Shown here: positions 13,092 to 25,959 of the stretch, piece after piece
Layout of the letters: every line of letters begins with the position of its first letter
How positions within the stretch are numbered: the stretch's first letter is position 1
Source of the DNA: Rhina ancylostomus
Lineage: Eukaryota
Direction: 5' to 3'
Assembly: GCA_030265395.1 (NCBI GenBank)
Contig: JARFYF010000059.1
Coordinates: 11,394,886 to 11,458,885 of the forward strand
Length of the DNA: 64,000 bases
Program-made: the position numbers and the translations under genes
The notes under the pieces: generated by a model
What the model was told of the DNA's origin: nothing
Database searches by the model: none
The model's input: the letters and a program-made list of their open reading frames with translations, nothing else

Positions 13092-13177
13092 CTGCTCCCC
13101 GGGGTCCCCGGATCGATGTGAGTCCAACACGAGTCCAAGTTGGTGATACGGTTAAGATCGTTGTTATAGGATTTCAG
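13092..13177 (+). CDS. IGSF21: IGSF21 internal coding exon (start of last Ig-like domain)
   Basis: Acceptor ..cacacag|, donor |gtaaat. 86 nt, phase 1 to 0. Translates (x)APRGPRIDVSPTRVQVGDTVKIVVIGFQ, matching human IGSF21 [28 protein letters not shown] as recalled. Confidence 0.93.
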
Positions 13178-13887
13178 GTAAATGTTTTTCTTTCATTGCT
13201 GAGGAATGTAAGCGTAATTAATTGGCAAGTGAATTGTTCTGAAATGTAGTGAGATATGATAATGACAACAATATTTCTGGTCACATATGACCACCTACTG
13301 TGAAGGACATTGTGAGTTTTTTGCTACATTTGAAATGAATCGTTGGCACTGTAACATTAGCAGTGCACAAGCTGAACAATTGTGTGTATCCATTAAAACA
13401 TCCATATTCTGCACCATCCATTACAGGAATTGGAGGGCACTGAATGGATAGCAAATCCGCTTGAAAAGAACATTTTTATCGGAAAAAGGAGGCACACCTA
13501 TCATTAATGGGGAAAAAGGTTAAACAGAGCAGTCAAATAAAACAGTTGAAATAGTGTCTGGCTGTGTGAATGATCACTAAATAAACAATACCCTTTACCT
13601 TTGAAAGCCCATGAAGCCAGGAGAGATTGTGGCACAAAGATATTAAACTAATGCTAGGTTGGAGACACTTCTTGCTCATAAAACTGGCCCTAATAAGTCA
13701 CTGCTGTCGCTCCAGTGAACTATACATCTCTGTACTGCCTTGGAATACATAATTGGCCCTAACTATTCTCCGAAGGAGAAGTCAGGAAAAATGGAGACAT
13801 TGACAGATGGCTGGTCACAGAACAGCAGGGGGAGGAAAAAAAAGCCAAAAGTTTAATATCTCGCTTGCAAATTTGTCATGGATGTAA

Positions 13888-13916
13888 AGAGAGAGAGAGT
13901 GAGAGAGAGAGAGAGA
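13888..13916 (+). repeat. (GA)n microsatellite
   Basis: agagagagagagtgagagagagagagaga seen directly. Confidence 0.9.
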
Positions 13917-14924
13917 ATGAGAATACTTTCATTACATTAAACTAATGGCAGAAAAGGAGGAAGTTTAACCAAACTGTACACAACCAACGGGTCTTTTCTC
14001 ATCAGGGGTACTTAATCTTGTACAAAATGGGAGGGCCAGAAGTGTCACGACACCAAAACTTCAGAAATTCAAATACATCAATGTGGTATCACACAACAGG
14101 ACAAATGTGCGAAGATTTTCCTCCTTTCCAACTGTTTTGCCAGTAGAATTATGATCACTGGTGCTTTGAACTCAAACCTTTGGAGCTTCTCATAAGCTGT
14201 CAGATGTACAAGTCCTTTCTCCTCCTGAGATCCATAATACAGAGCAGTGGCAAGTTCGTAGGAGAAAAGGAGAGGAAGTAAATCGGGGTGAATAACTGAG
14301 TGAAACACAGATTATATTTTAACAACCTACAGCTTGCAGGTGGAAGGATAAAACCAAGGGAGGTAAGATTTCCACAATCTTGCAAAAAGTGAGGAGAAAA
14401 TGAAGCAAGTTATAGCACATTGACTTCCAGGACTACTGCACACACATCATGCCGCACCTTTGCCTTTCATACAACCAGATTTCAGAAGTGGACTTCAACA
14501 TGCATTCACAGGCATTCAACATGCACAATAGGGGATGAATTTTCATACCACTTATTGCTTTTTTACTGATGGGTTATTTCCGACTCAGTTTTTGCACCAA
14601 TGAGCAATATAATTGCAGAGCACAATCTGTAAAGATGACTGCCAAGTGAAAAAAAATCCACTTTCAAATGATTTTTTTCCTTTGATGACCTGTATACTGC
14701 ACTCATTGCAGAGGAGTTCTAAACCTTAATTCAAATCACCAACAATAAGTAAAGGCTCAAAAGTCCAAACAGTTCAGTAGTTCAACAAGGAGAAACAAAA
14801 CCTAATAGAGAGCTTGTAAGAGTCTATAGAACATCAGTGTATCAAAAGGACCCATTTTAACCTGGAGGCTCCTTTCAATTTAGCACTTCAATGTCATCAG
14901 TCCATCCCAAAGGTCTTCACGTAC

Positions 14925-15983
14925 CTTTGTCACTGTCCTTCTCATTAGGCAGTTCTTAAGGGTTGAAAATGACCTCCTTCCACTTCAGTTCTGTTCTTTC
15001 TAAAATGGCTTATGGGGTCATTACAAGACCTGCAGGCTCTGCCACAAGAGGTATGTGAGGATTTGGGCAGGTTAGTGGTTTGTTCCTCCAATGTTTAGAC
15101 TGGGCTTCCAAAGAATGGACTCTAGGTTCTCAACACCATCCCAATCTCTCAATTCCATTTTGAGTGGTCAGGGCAGAGATTCCCTTAAGTCAATGGGAAA
15201 CTTGCACTCTTTCAAGAGGCTCCAAGAACATCCTTATTTCCTTAGTCCTGGTAATCTCCTACCATAATAGAACTCGGGAGTTTAGTGTGAGGTGTGCAAC
15301 CAATATAGTCTGCCCATCAGAGCCAATTGAACATAAATAGGGCCTTGATACAAGGATGGTGGCCTGAGAAAGGACACCTACACTGAATTTTGAAGAGTCA
15401 ATGTTCGAGATATTTCTCCAGTGTTTTGAGGTAACTATGGTATCTATTGTCAGAAACATACAGGAAGGCAGTGATTACTGCTCCCCAGTGGATACTGATG
15501 TTTGTGCTGAGTTTGAAGTCATGATCATCAAACACTTTTCCTCAGACAGCAAAAGTCAGGTCATCCATTGTAGGTAATGGTGAATTTCATCATCAGTGTT
15601 TGCTTTCATTGAGAAGTTCCTTACATGGTATGAGGAATGGTCCACAATTTCTAGGTCTTAAGCTGGACCTTTTTTTGACTGTGGGAAGGGGAGATGGTGG
15701 AGCAGGTCAATGTTGTGCAGAGGGGCCAGCTGGTAGGGGACCTTTGCTTCAGTGAATGAGTTGATGATGCTTGCCCTAGAACATACACATACACAAGCGT
15801 TGTCTGTGTACTGCAGCTAGACTGAGATTGGAAGAACCTTCCTTTTGGAGTGCAGATGACAAAGATTGAACAGTTTCTTATTTGACCTGTAGATTAGCTC
15901 TTCTCCAGTGGGAAGCTTGTTGAAGGTGAGATGCAGCATTGCAGCATGAAAGACTGAGGAAACTGTTGACACAGTTTTGCTCG
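14925..15983 (-). mobile_element. RTE-clade LINE, 3' portion
   Basis: Minus strand shows decayed AAMLHLTFNKLPTGEELIYRSNKKLFNL and LQYTDNAC (YADD-derived), plus an RTE-type 3' UTR (agtggaaggaggtcattttcaacccttaagaactgcctaatgagaag). Confidence 0.75.
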
Positions 15984-15989
15984 ATACCA

Positions 15990-16420
15990 TTAGCAATGGC
16001 CATCTTCAAGAGAAGAAGCAAATGCCATAACTACAAAAGGTGTCCCTGCAACAGAAAAGAAACTCATTGTCATTACTTCCTTTAACTATCTCCAACCAGT
16101 GGCTGAGGAGGGGTTCCCCAAATCACAATGTTGATTCCATCCATCTAGAGGCACAATGAATGTAATTCTTCACTGCACTTCAACTCCAGTGATTCGCAGG
16201 GAGCATCATCGACCACTAACCATAGCCTTTTTTCTTAAAGCCTCAAAAATGCCTTTGACTTGGTCAGTCTAAAGGGACTCTGGAGCATCCTTCTTAAATC
16301 TGATTGTCAAAGAAATTCTCCATCTTACATTTGTACAGGATGGCATGCAAGCTGTGGTATTAACCAACGGGTCCTACGATAGAATCAATCTCAGTGCAGA
16401 CTGGTGTCAAGCAAGGCTGT
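15990..16420 (+). mobile_element. RTE-clade LINE, inverted upstream RT portion
   Basis: Plus-strand remnants of REHHRPL..AFDLVSLKGLWSILLK..DGMQAVVLTNGS..QTGVKQGC. Confidence 0.7.
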
Positions 16421-16869
16421 ACTGTTATATGGTTGTGACATTTATGGAAGTGTGCATTCTGCACACTTACAGTTTGCATTCTCATCATTTGATCGCTTGC
16501 GGATGAGGAAGAACTGTTGGCCTTTCCTATAAACTTTGAATAGTGTCAATAGATCTTATATGATCATCTAAACAGATTGACAGAAAGAGCTTTGATTTAA
16601 CATTTCATCAAAACAATACTCTCACTAACAATACAGCAGCACTGTATTGGTCTGTATTATGTGCTGCTTGACTCCTCGATATTCTGACTCAAAGAAGATT
16701 GCCTCTGAACCAATTGCTTTAACAACACTACAATCCCAATAAAGATGCGTGAACTGGCATTTTCCCTTCTGCAAAGATTGCACCAATAGCTCAGAGTAAT
16801 ACAAAGGTTACATAGTATTTAATTATTCAGCAAAAAGATCAGTTCTCTTTCATAAAGTACAAGTCTAAC

Positions 16870-17420
16870 ATAAACTTGAGGAACAGCACCTCATCTTCCA
16901 TCAGGGCATGTTGCAACCTTCAATATTGAATTTAACAGTTTCAGATAATTCACTTTTTTTCAGTTTGTGTGAGAACTGTCCAGTTCTGATGAAGGTTATC
17001 CATGTATAATAGTAAATCAGTTTTTGTCTCTCTACAGGCACCATCTGGTCTGCTGCACATTTCCAGCACTCTCCTTTTAGTTGCAGGTTGCACTATGAGT
17101 TCTGATCTGCATCACAAATTTAAAAAGCCCTTTTGTTTTCTTTTCATTCTCCAATTGCTCTCATTAATCTATTGAGCAGACAGCTCTACAAACATTAGGA
17201 TCAGCTTGTCAACCCTGGCCTCAGCCTATTGGAAATATTCCTTTTGTCATCCCTCCCTCTCCAAAACTTAAAACCAACTTTTCTCACGTTCTTGATTGTG
17301 ATGAAGTGACCTGAAACATTACCTCCGTTTCTCTTTCCACAGATGCTGTCTGACCTGCCGAGTATTTCCAGTGTTTTCTGTTTTCCCTTCATATATCCAG
17401 CAACTGCAGTTTTCCAATTT
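16870..17420 (+). mobile_element. Penelope-like element 3' region with two tandem pLTR/hammerhead remnants
   Basis: aaacttgaggaacagcacctcatcttcc (KLEEQHLIF, PLE ORF end); cagttctgatgaagg at 16981; gtgatgaagtgacctgaaac near 17300; family tail sequence. Confidence 0.65.
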
Positions 17421-19949
17421 TTGATCAGTACTCTTTTGCTGAGTAGAGTGCATAGTCATGGTGTATTTCCAAGGTGCATGGATCAGACACCTCAGGTTCA
17501 GCCTTGACTCTGAGTTTAATGATTTTATGCAAGTAATTTGGTTGGCCTCAGTCCTCTTGTTTTATGGAGGGAAGATGTAATTGGAGCTTTCACTCCCAAT
17601 TATCACTGGGAAATTCCTGATGGAAAGGGTATTTTCGGAGATTTGAGGATGGAATTGGTCTGACTGTAAGACTCTCTTCTACATTCAATAGCTAATTTGT
17701 AATCATTGAAGTAAATTGTGCAACACCCGCTCCCAATAATGATTCAACAGATGAATCACCATGATCAATACACCCACAATGTCCCCCTCATAAGCTGCAG
17801 GCACAGCAATATATAACTGTATGATTTGTGCACATTCTTGACTGGCACTCAAAGAATAGGTTTCTGAATGTCCTATTGGGGCAGGCTTTGTGCTGCTAAT
17901 GGAAATGGAACTGCACTACAGGACAAAGCAGGATATAAATTGGCCAGGAAGGAAAGGTTTTGGACATGCTGCACATGAGAATTGGGCTTCATGATAGGAG
18001 CAACAAAACTAGGCTGATGGAGTAGTTCATATGCTGCCAGGTTCTGACAAGATGAAAATATTCTTATTGTATTTTGTTCAGTTAACAACCTGACACCCAG
18101 CAGTATAATTATCGCAGTTCTGCAGATGATTACTCCTTCGGGTAACAGACAGTGGGAAAACATTTGCATTCCATGAGGTCAGAAAATATTTGAGAACCAA
18201 AGGTGAAGGGATGGAAGAGCTTTGAATTTAAATTATATTCCTGCACCACATTGAATCCTTATCACTTGTCATACCAGTTTGATTGCGTTATTTTTATCCT
18301 GTGGAGGGTTTTTTTGTGGCAACTTTTAAGTTTAAATCAAAAAGAGAGCAGCTGCTGGAAAAGTCCATCACAAAACCTTAGCTCCTGAAGTCATTAGATG
18401 TCCCCTAGTCTTCACTCTGAATGTTTAATATAAGTGATGTAAGCTAATCTCCTTCAGACAGATGGGAACATATGTGATGATGCATATGAAAAGACAAGGG
18501 TTCTTGTCCAAATGAAAATTATTTAATTTTAATTTTACCTCAAATGCTATATACGTGTTTATCTAAGAAGCCTACCATATTGACAGATACTGTAATGCTG
18601 CCTTGTGGTTAGCTTTGCCTTTCAACTGGGGTGTGCAGAAAGGGGTAGCAAACAAGGGCACAGACCCTTGCACTAAATAACAACACAAAGTGAGGTGATG
18701 GACACGCGCATGCACATTAGCCCCATCTCTGACATTACAGCAGAATGTACAGGCACTTCCAAGAGACAACATATGCCTTTATAAATAGGGAACAAAACCT
18801 CTGAGCTATCACCCACACCAAGGGTGGTTTAGTTCTTCAATGATCAGAAATGGCTTTTCTTCTGCTCATATAGGTTTGCAACTTTGCATTCATTTTTCTG
18901 GTCTGGATGATCTATTTTAAGTGAATGAACATGTCATGGCTGTTTCAACTGAAACCTTGTAAGATTTAAACTTTTTCCAATGTTACAGGTTACTCAAAGT
19001 GACAATGAATAAAATAGTCTTTTTGGTTCATATAGAAATGACAGCTACCGTAATTATCACACTATAACACAAAACATTAACAAGCAGTTTCAGGTGTGAT
19101 ATTTACCTCACAGAGAACTGGTCTGTCAAGCAGTAAAATTTGAGATGTCTCAGCCATGGCCATCAACATTTTCATTTTTCTTTGTCTTCTCAAGTTAATT
19201 AGGATGCTAAGCTAAAGCTAATATGAAGGCCACCTTAAAGAGCCGTCAGGTGGCTGCCCACCTTTCAGCATTGGTGCCCAAGTTTAAATTACCTATTTTG
19301 AGGAGTTGGCAAATGCTTCCTGTCCATCACTATTGTAATGACCTCAACCCATTAATCAATCGATTACAAGTGAATGGGCATCCCAAGCAACTCCTCCTTG
19401 ATTTAGTAATGCAGCTGCACCATTCTTCATTTCACCTTACTCAAGTGCTCTTGGTATGTCCTGTTTAGCCAACTATTTCAAGGACATAGACTGTTTTTGA
19501 ACCCTGCTAAAAACCATCTGCTAGCTTTTGGAGTAAAGAATGCTGTCAACCTTGTTCTACCCTCATATGATTTTCTCACTGAGCGCAACATCTTGACCAT
19601 TGCTATCATATAGTTAATATTTGCATGCAATGAATAGCTCAACCTTTCTAATTGTACTTTTACCAACTAATCCATAACTTAACTTTCAATATATTAATGA
19701 TGTTGCATTAAAAACTCTGCAATTGGTGAACAATTTATGAATCACTTTCTCTTTCCCATCTTACTTCCAATATAAATGGAATGACTTCAGGATATTCTTC
19801 CCTAGGACTATCTAAATAAATAGAGGTTGGATCACCAATAAATGCCAACGTTTGGGATTTATGTACATAATATATGAAATCTTGCAGCAAATTAGATGCA
19901 GCAAGCTCTCACAAACTACAACAAGTAGATAATCTCTTTTAATGATAAT

Positions 19950-20095
19950 CTTTCCCACCTTTTCCACTGTTGAAAACCACCTTGTTTTCTCACTTCCCCA
20001 ATTCTGATGAAGGGCCCTGGGCAAGAAACATTAATTATTTCTCTTTCCACAGATGCTGCCTGACCTACTAAGTGTTTCCAGCATTCTCTGTTTTA
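19950..20095 (+). mobile_element. Penelope-like pLTR fragment with decayed hammerhead core
   Basis: caattCTGATGAagggccctgggcaaGAAAcattaatt followed by ccacagatgctgcctgacctactaagtgtttccagca. Confidence 0.65.
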
Positions 20096-20345
20096 GTGAT
20101 GTTGGTTTGGGGACATTGGGGGAAAAAAGTTTGCTTTTCTTCAGATTGTGCCTTGGGATCTTTGGCATTATTTGAGGATGGTGGGCCAAGGTTTTAATAT
20201 AGATTCAAAAGACAACACCTCCGACAATGAAACACTCCGTCAGTACACCGGTGGAAGCTCAGCCTAGATTTCTGTGTAGACTTCTCTGGCATGATACAAA
20301 CCCAGAATCTTCTGACCCAGGGGAAGAGTGCTCCCACTGGGCCAG
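20090..20345 (-). mobile_element. Deu-domain SINE 5' half
   Basis: Reverse complement has a tRNA-like head (ggcccagtgggagcactcttcccctgggtcagaagattctgggtttgtatc) and body (gtactgacggagtgtttcattgtcggaggtgttgtcttt). Confidence 0.6.
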
Positions 20346-21649
20346 GACAGACACACAGGCGTCACATATCTGTACTGCAGAGTAATAGGGAGCAGCAATA
20401 TAAATGACTTCCTTCTCCTTTGGCCATCATTTTGAATAATGGAGTGGCTGCAATGAGCACACCATGGTGTTCATTTCTTTTCAACAACTTGTTTGGCAAT
20501 AATACAGTAGCTATATGAAAATCTGGGCAACCCTTTCCAAACAGACCACCTGTGAGACTTCCAGCTGCTGTCCAATACAGACTTCCTCCAGGTATTTACA
20601 GAGGTTGCCAGCCAGCCGCACAAAGCAATTTCTCGCTCATTTATTTACTTGTGGCCATCTGGCAGTCTGAAATCCAGCCCATAATAAAACCCCGTGATTT
20701 CCACAGCACCTCAAGTCAACACAAGTAGAATGACTTTGATATAAAGCACTAGGGAACCTTGAAAACAAGAAGCTGAAAAGATATTAAAATAGTTATTGAT
20801 CAATTGAATTCTAGTAACTACTTCGAGGTGAGCCAAGGCAAAAGCAAAAAGGGACACAAAATGTTAAGAGCTCAAGGTACAGGTAATAGTATCGGCTCTT
20901 CACACAATGATGATAAACTCTTGTAATAAATGCATACAATGCAGATTTCATCTTTAATTTTGGTGGCACTGAAAACAAGCATTAAATTTCAAGCATCAGG
21001 GTGAAGCATTAATGTGGGTGGCACAGTTTGGTTAGGTTGGGCATTTGGGTAAAAAAAACTTACTGTGGTGTAAATGAGAGTCAAAGCTCACACTTCCTTT
21101 GGATGATAGGGTGTGCAGTGGGGAGAAGAGACATTAATGTTTGTNNNNNNNNNNNNNNNNNNNNNNNNNNNNNNNNNNNNNNNNNNNNNNNNNNNNNNNN
21201 NNNNNNNNNNNNNNNNNNNNNNNNNNNNNNNNNNNNNNNNNNNNGTGGGGAGAAGAGACATTAATGTTTGTTGTCCATGGGGCCAGACTTAAAGTTCTCA
21301 AGTTAGGTCAAATCAGATTTCCTTCCCTCTGGTGAGAAAATCAGGAAATAACACTGTCCTAGTTTCAGAAACAGGGAACAGGGTATGTCAGCATGCACTG
21401 AAGGGGGTAACAATTGCTAGTAGGAACTGGAGGAGGTGCAAAGGTCCCATGGGGGGGGGGTGTGGGGGAGGAGGGGATGGAAATTAACCAGAATTGCAAT
21501 TGTGAAGTGGTAGGGTCTGAGGAGGCTAGGGTGAGGAGAGGGCTAGTGTGAACTGGGGAAATGAATGATAGAAAGCAAAGAGTACAGCCTCTGAAAATCA
21601 GAGCATAATGATTCAAGGTTGTGAGTGTTACTGAGCTAGTGAGACAGGG

Positions 21650-22200
21650 GAGAGCAGCGTGCTTACAAATTGGAATCCACTTGTTTTTGTTCCATGAAAG
21701 GGGAGTGTTGTGTAGTGGGAGCACCCAATTGGGTGACCCACAAAAAAATAGAGAAATTGGTGAAAGACCCAATTAAAAAAATCAATGTATTTTTTAACAT
21801 GAATAATGCACAAAGACATTACCTGTACATTCGCTGAGCTGGCACTTGTTGAGCCATTGCCAAGCTGATCACAGAAAAGCAAGTCATGCCTTAAAGAACT
21901 CTCCGTGATAGTCACAGTGGAGCAACACAAGGACGTGAGGGAAAATCAGGGGGAGAAGGGGGGGGAGGGGAGATACAGAGCTCTCCTGTGTGTTAGGGCA
22001 CATCCCACGCAACAGACTGGCCCTTGTGCCATGTCACTATGAGGCATGGGCTCAACAGGAGGCAAACAAGTGCAGCATCTTGCATGAGGTACGTAATGTA
22101 GAGTTGGTCTGTAATGCATGTGGACAAGGATGAAGGACATAAAAGTAAATCTGCAATGGAAACCACTGATGTTCCTGTGAGGGCCATATTTAACATTTGA
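21650..22200 (-). mobile_element. Very decayed second PIF/Harbinger transposase remnant
   Basis: Weak minus-strand motif series in the expected order: CRFTFMSF, QVMSLCIIHVKKYIDF, GLSPISLF..HPIGCSH, TSGFQFVSTLL (compare RFSFLDM, QVTDALF..YIxF, GFAAIAGF..AIDCTH, RKGFHSINVQL). Confidence 0.35.
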
Positions 22201-22464
22201 TTCAAGTTTCTTTGCCAACTTGCTGGAAGAATTGCTGCTCATCTTACTGTGAATAGAAAATGCAGATCGAAGGTTGCACCATTACCAGACATTTCCAATC
22301 TGTAAGTGCAAAAGTGACTGGTTCACATACAGTTCCATCATTAGTTGCATATCTGGGATAGTAAATATGTTGAATGCACCATGGTGAACTGCACCAATAA
22401 GTGCCCAAATCAATTTCTCAGCTACTGCCAATTGACCTGGAGATTATTGTTAACACAATCTACA

Positions 22465-22880
22465 CAAGCATACAAGAAAATTGGAGGAGGAGGCCAGGCC
22501 TCTCAAGCCTGCTCCACCATTCAATATGATCATGGCTGATCTCTCGACACACACACACATATACATGGTGGAGATAAATAAATAGATAATATGGTCTCCA
22601 CCACTCTTGGGGACAAAGAATTTCAAAGATTCATACCACCTGAGAGAAGAAATTTCTACACACCTCAATTTTAAGTGAATGGACCATTATTTTGTAACTA
22701 TATCCTCTTCTTTGTGACTCTCCTGCCAGTGAAGACATCTCAGCCACTACCCTGTCAAGGCGCCTTATGACGGTATATGTTTGAAGAAGGTCACCTCTCA
22801 TTCTTCTAAACTCCAAGGAATACAGACCCAAACTGTCTAGCCTCTCTTGATAGGATAACCTTCTCATCCCGGGAATCTGG
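22465..22880 (-). mobile_element. CR1 LINE 3' fragment
   Basis: IPGMRRLSYQERLDSLGLYSLEFRRMRGDLLQTY..RGYSYKI..RNFFSQVV, plus a 3' UTR. Confidence 0.85.
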
Positions 22881-23463
22881 CCCAATTTAATGGAGTGACG
22901 TATCACTGACCATACAAAATCCAGCAGGATTAGTGTTAGACACGCCTTCTGGATCACAACCCTGGAACCTTCAGCTCCAAATGTCCAAAGGACAGGCCTG
23001 TGACACCAAGGAAATCCAAACACCAGCTCGTTGGACCCAATTACCATTTGGCTTACACTTATGGCAAGCTTAACTTGTGATCAGCAATTCATCAAAAATC
23101 TTTAACGTCATTTGCCAGAAATGACCACTATTGCCAAGGACATCCTTTCCTGTTGATTCCCAGTTGCCCTGATTTTGAGATGCCTGGTATAGTTTGTGTA
23201 CTGGAAGCCTCCCCCCACTCCCACCGCCTCCTCACCCTTAACAGCAGGGTTAGATAGCGATTTCCAGGATTTTTAAACCAAAATTAAGATAGCAATTACT
23301 CAGCCCAGTAACACCAATGCCAAGCTGGGCANNNNNNNNNNTGACAGGGTAGATGCTTCCCTCTGGTTAAGGAGGGAGTGCCATCTTTGGATATAGGGCA
23401 CCAACAATGTTCAATGTCGGGAACTCACTGACTGCTTGATGCCTGCCATACTTTCTACCTTAA

Positions 23464-23793
<330 letters not shown>

Positions 23794-24505
23794 TAATATA
23801 GGCTCAAGACCATTAAATCTCATCTCTGAAATTGGGTTCAGTTGAAGCAATGGAACTGAATTTCAAAAGTGCCAACAGCAAAATTTATAGCTGCATTACA
23901 TGTTTACCACGTATAACGCAGGAGAAAATCCTACAATTCACAATTCTACAATCAGTAACTCTTGCCTGGCCGTGATTCTGTGGGTACTGGTAGGTGTCTG
24001 GTGACCCACTCAAATGTCTTAATGTCAGAGCATGAATCGGCAAACTCTTCCAATGTCATCACAGGGCATTTCCAACACCTAATAACCCCAGTCATAGAAC
24101 ACAGAACAGTACAGCACAGAAATGGGCTCTACGGCCCATAATGCTGTGCCTTCCCCTACTCCCCACCTCCAATTCCCTATTTGTAGCCATTTAGCCTATT
24201 TACCTGCAGAACCATCAGAGGTCCCTGCCATCCCTTGTTTCAATAGTGAAATGCAGAATCATTACAACTGCTGGAAAATTGGAAATACAAACAGAGAATG
24301 ACTGCAATTACTCAGCTGGTCATGGAACATCCATAGTCATATGGCCATTCCTGCTGAGTATTTCCAGCTCTCTCTGTTTTTAATCACTTCTGAAACAGTT
24401 CTCTACCAAGCTGCTCACTTTATTGGCCCTTTACCAATGGCAATAACATCATCTGCTAAGGAAACTGTATGATTTCATTGCAGAATTTATGTTTTTATCT
24501 TTCAG

Positions 24506-24544
24506 AAAATCCAAACATTCCTAAAGGCGCTGATGATAAAAGTG
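24506..24544 (+). CDS. IGSF21: IGSF21 39-nt coding micro-exon (linker)
   Basis: Acceptor tttttatctttcag|, donor |gtgagt. Phase 1 to 1. Translates (E)NPNIPKGADDKS(G); human has ENPNIPRGTEDSNG. Confidence 0.92.
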
Positions 24545-25539
24545 GTGAGTCACATTTAACTCTTTCCATTCTAGTGAATATAAGAATGGTGCAAATGGGT
24601 CTGGATTCAGATCTGTGGGATTCAGCAACACTCTTCATATTCGAGAGCAGAGATGAGACAAGGCATGTTAGGGAATAAACAGAGGAGATGATGCTTTTGA
24701 CCCGCTGGATTTGTAGCTGAATAACATTGCTAGAGATTAAATCAATATTTCTTTAGTGAAACAATTTCTTTCACTAATATGAGGTTAATGATTCAGCTAC
24801 TCTATCCATTTGGCAGTTTCTACACCACTGTTCTATCTTAAGCCCATTTATCGCCTCCTTTGCTGACTCCACTGGTAACACTATTATATCAACTACAAGG
24901 AAAGGGCTGTTGGAATGCCATTCTGTAGTCAAGTGTGCACATTGAAGGTCTTGGCTGAGAAATGCAAAGTTATTAAATGCCCTTTCAGACAGAATCTGTT
25001 CACCGAAATGACTTAACTTCATGTTATTGAATTCACCGTGTAGCTCCGTGACTGAGTGATATAAATAACTCCAGCCTGGGTGCATGCAAACTGAAAGCCA
25101 ACATGCTTAACATTGGAAGTAGCTTTTTTAATTGAGCATCTAGAAATTCCAACAGGAACTGATTGGATCAGCAATGTACCCATGGAAAAGGAACTTTTAA
25201 AGACAAAATGACTTTGAACAGATCATTTTCCCTGAGAAATAACAATTAGTGACTGATTAACCCAAGGGTATGTGCTTTTCTAATACCTATCCAGAGTGAT
25301 CAGTTGCAGTTGGCCAATCAGGTTTCTGCATTGTCCCCATTAGACTGTGTAACCTTAAAGGTGTAGTCCATATTATACAGAGAATCTCTTAATGTCAGAT
25401 AGCTTTTATCAAGACAGCCCTTTAACATTAAGAGAACACCTCTTTTTTTAACTCCTTCACAGAAATGAGGATGTCAGTTCCTCTACTTTGGGGTTTTACA
25501 AGAATGTCAGTATTGCCAGTGATATCCTTATTTAACTCC

Positions 25540-25810
25540 ATAGCAGAGATATCTGAAACTAGAGGGCATGGGTTTAAGGGGATTAGAGGAGATTTGAGAG
25601 AGAGATTTGTCATCCAGAGGGTGGTTGGAATCTGGTACATACTGCCTGAGTTGGTGGTGAAGGCAAGTATTCACAAAGCATATAAGGAATATGAAAATGT
25701 GAATTTGAATCACCAGTACATGGAAGGCTACAGACTAAGTATTGGTGAATGGGATTAGTGTAGATAGGTACTTGAAGGCCTGTGTGGACATGGTCTGTGA
25801 CTCCATGACT
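25540..25810 (+). mobile_element. CR1 LINE 3' fragment
   Basis: ETRGHGFKGIRGDLRERFVIQRVVGIWYILPELVVKA. Confidence 0.8.
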
Positions 25811-25959
25811 GCTATTTAGTGTTCATGCTTAATTTGCGGTAAATCTGGAGTCACACACAGGCCAGACAAGGAAGGGAGGTTACAAGACATTTACACAAAT
25901 TATGTTTGGTTACATCAGTAAGAAGTGATAACTAAAGCAAGGTCGGGCCATGTAAGTTG

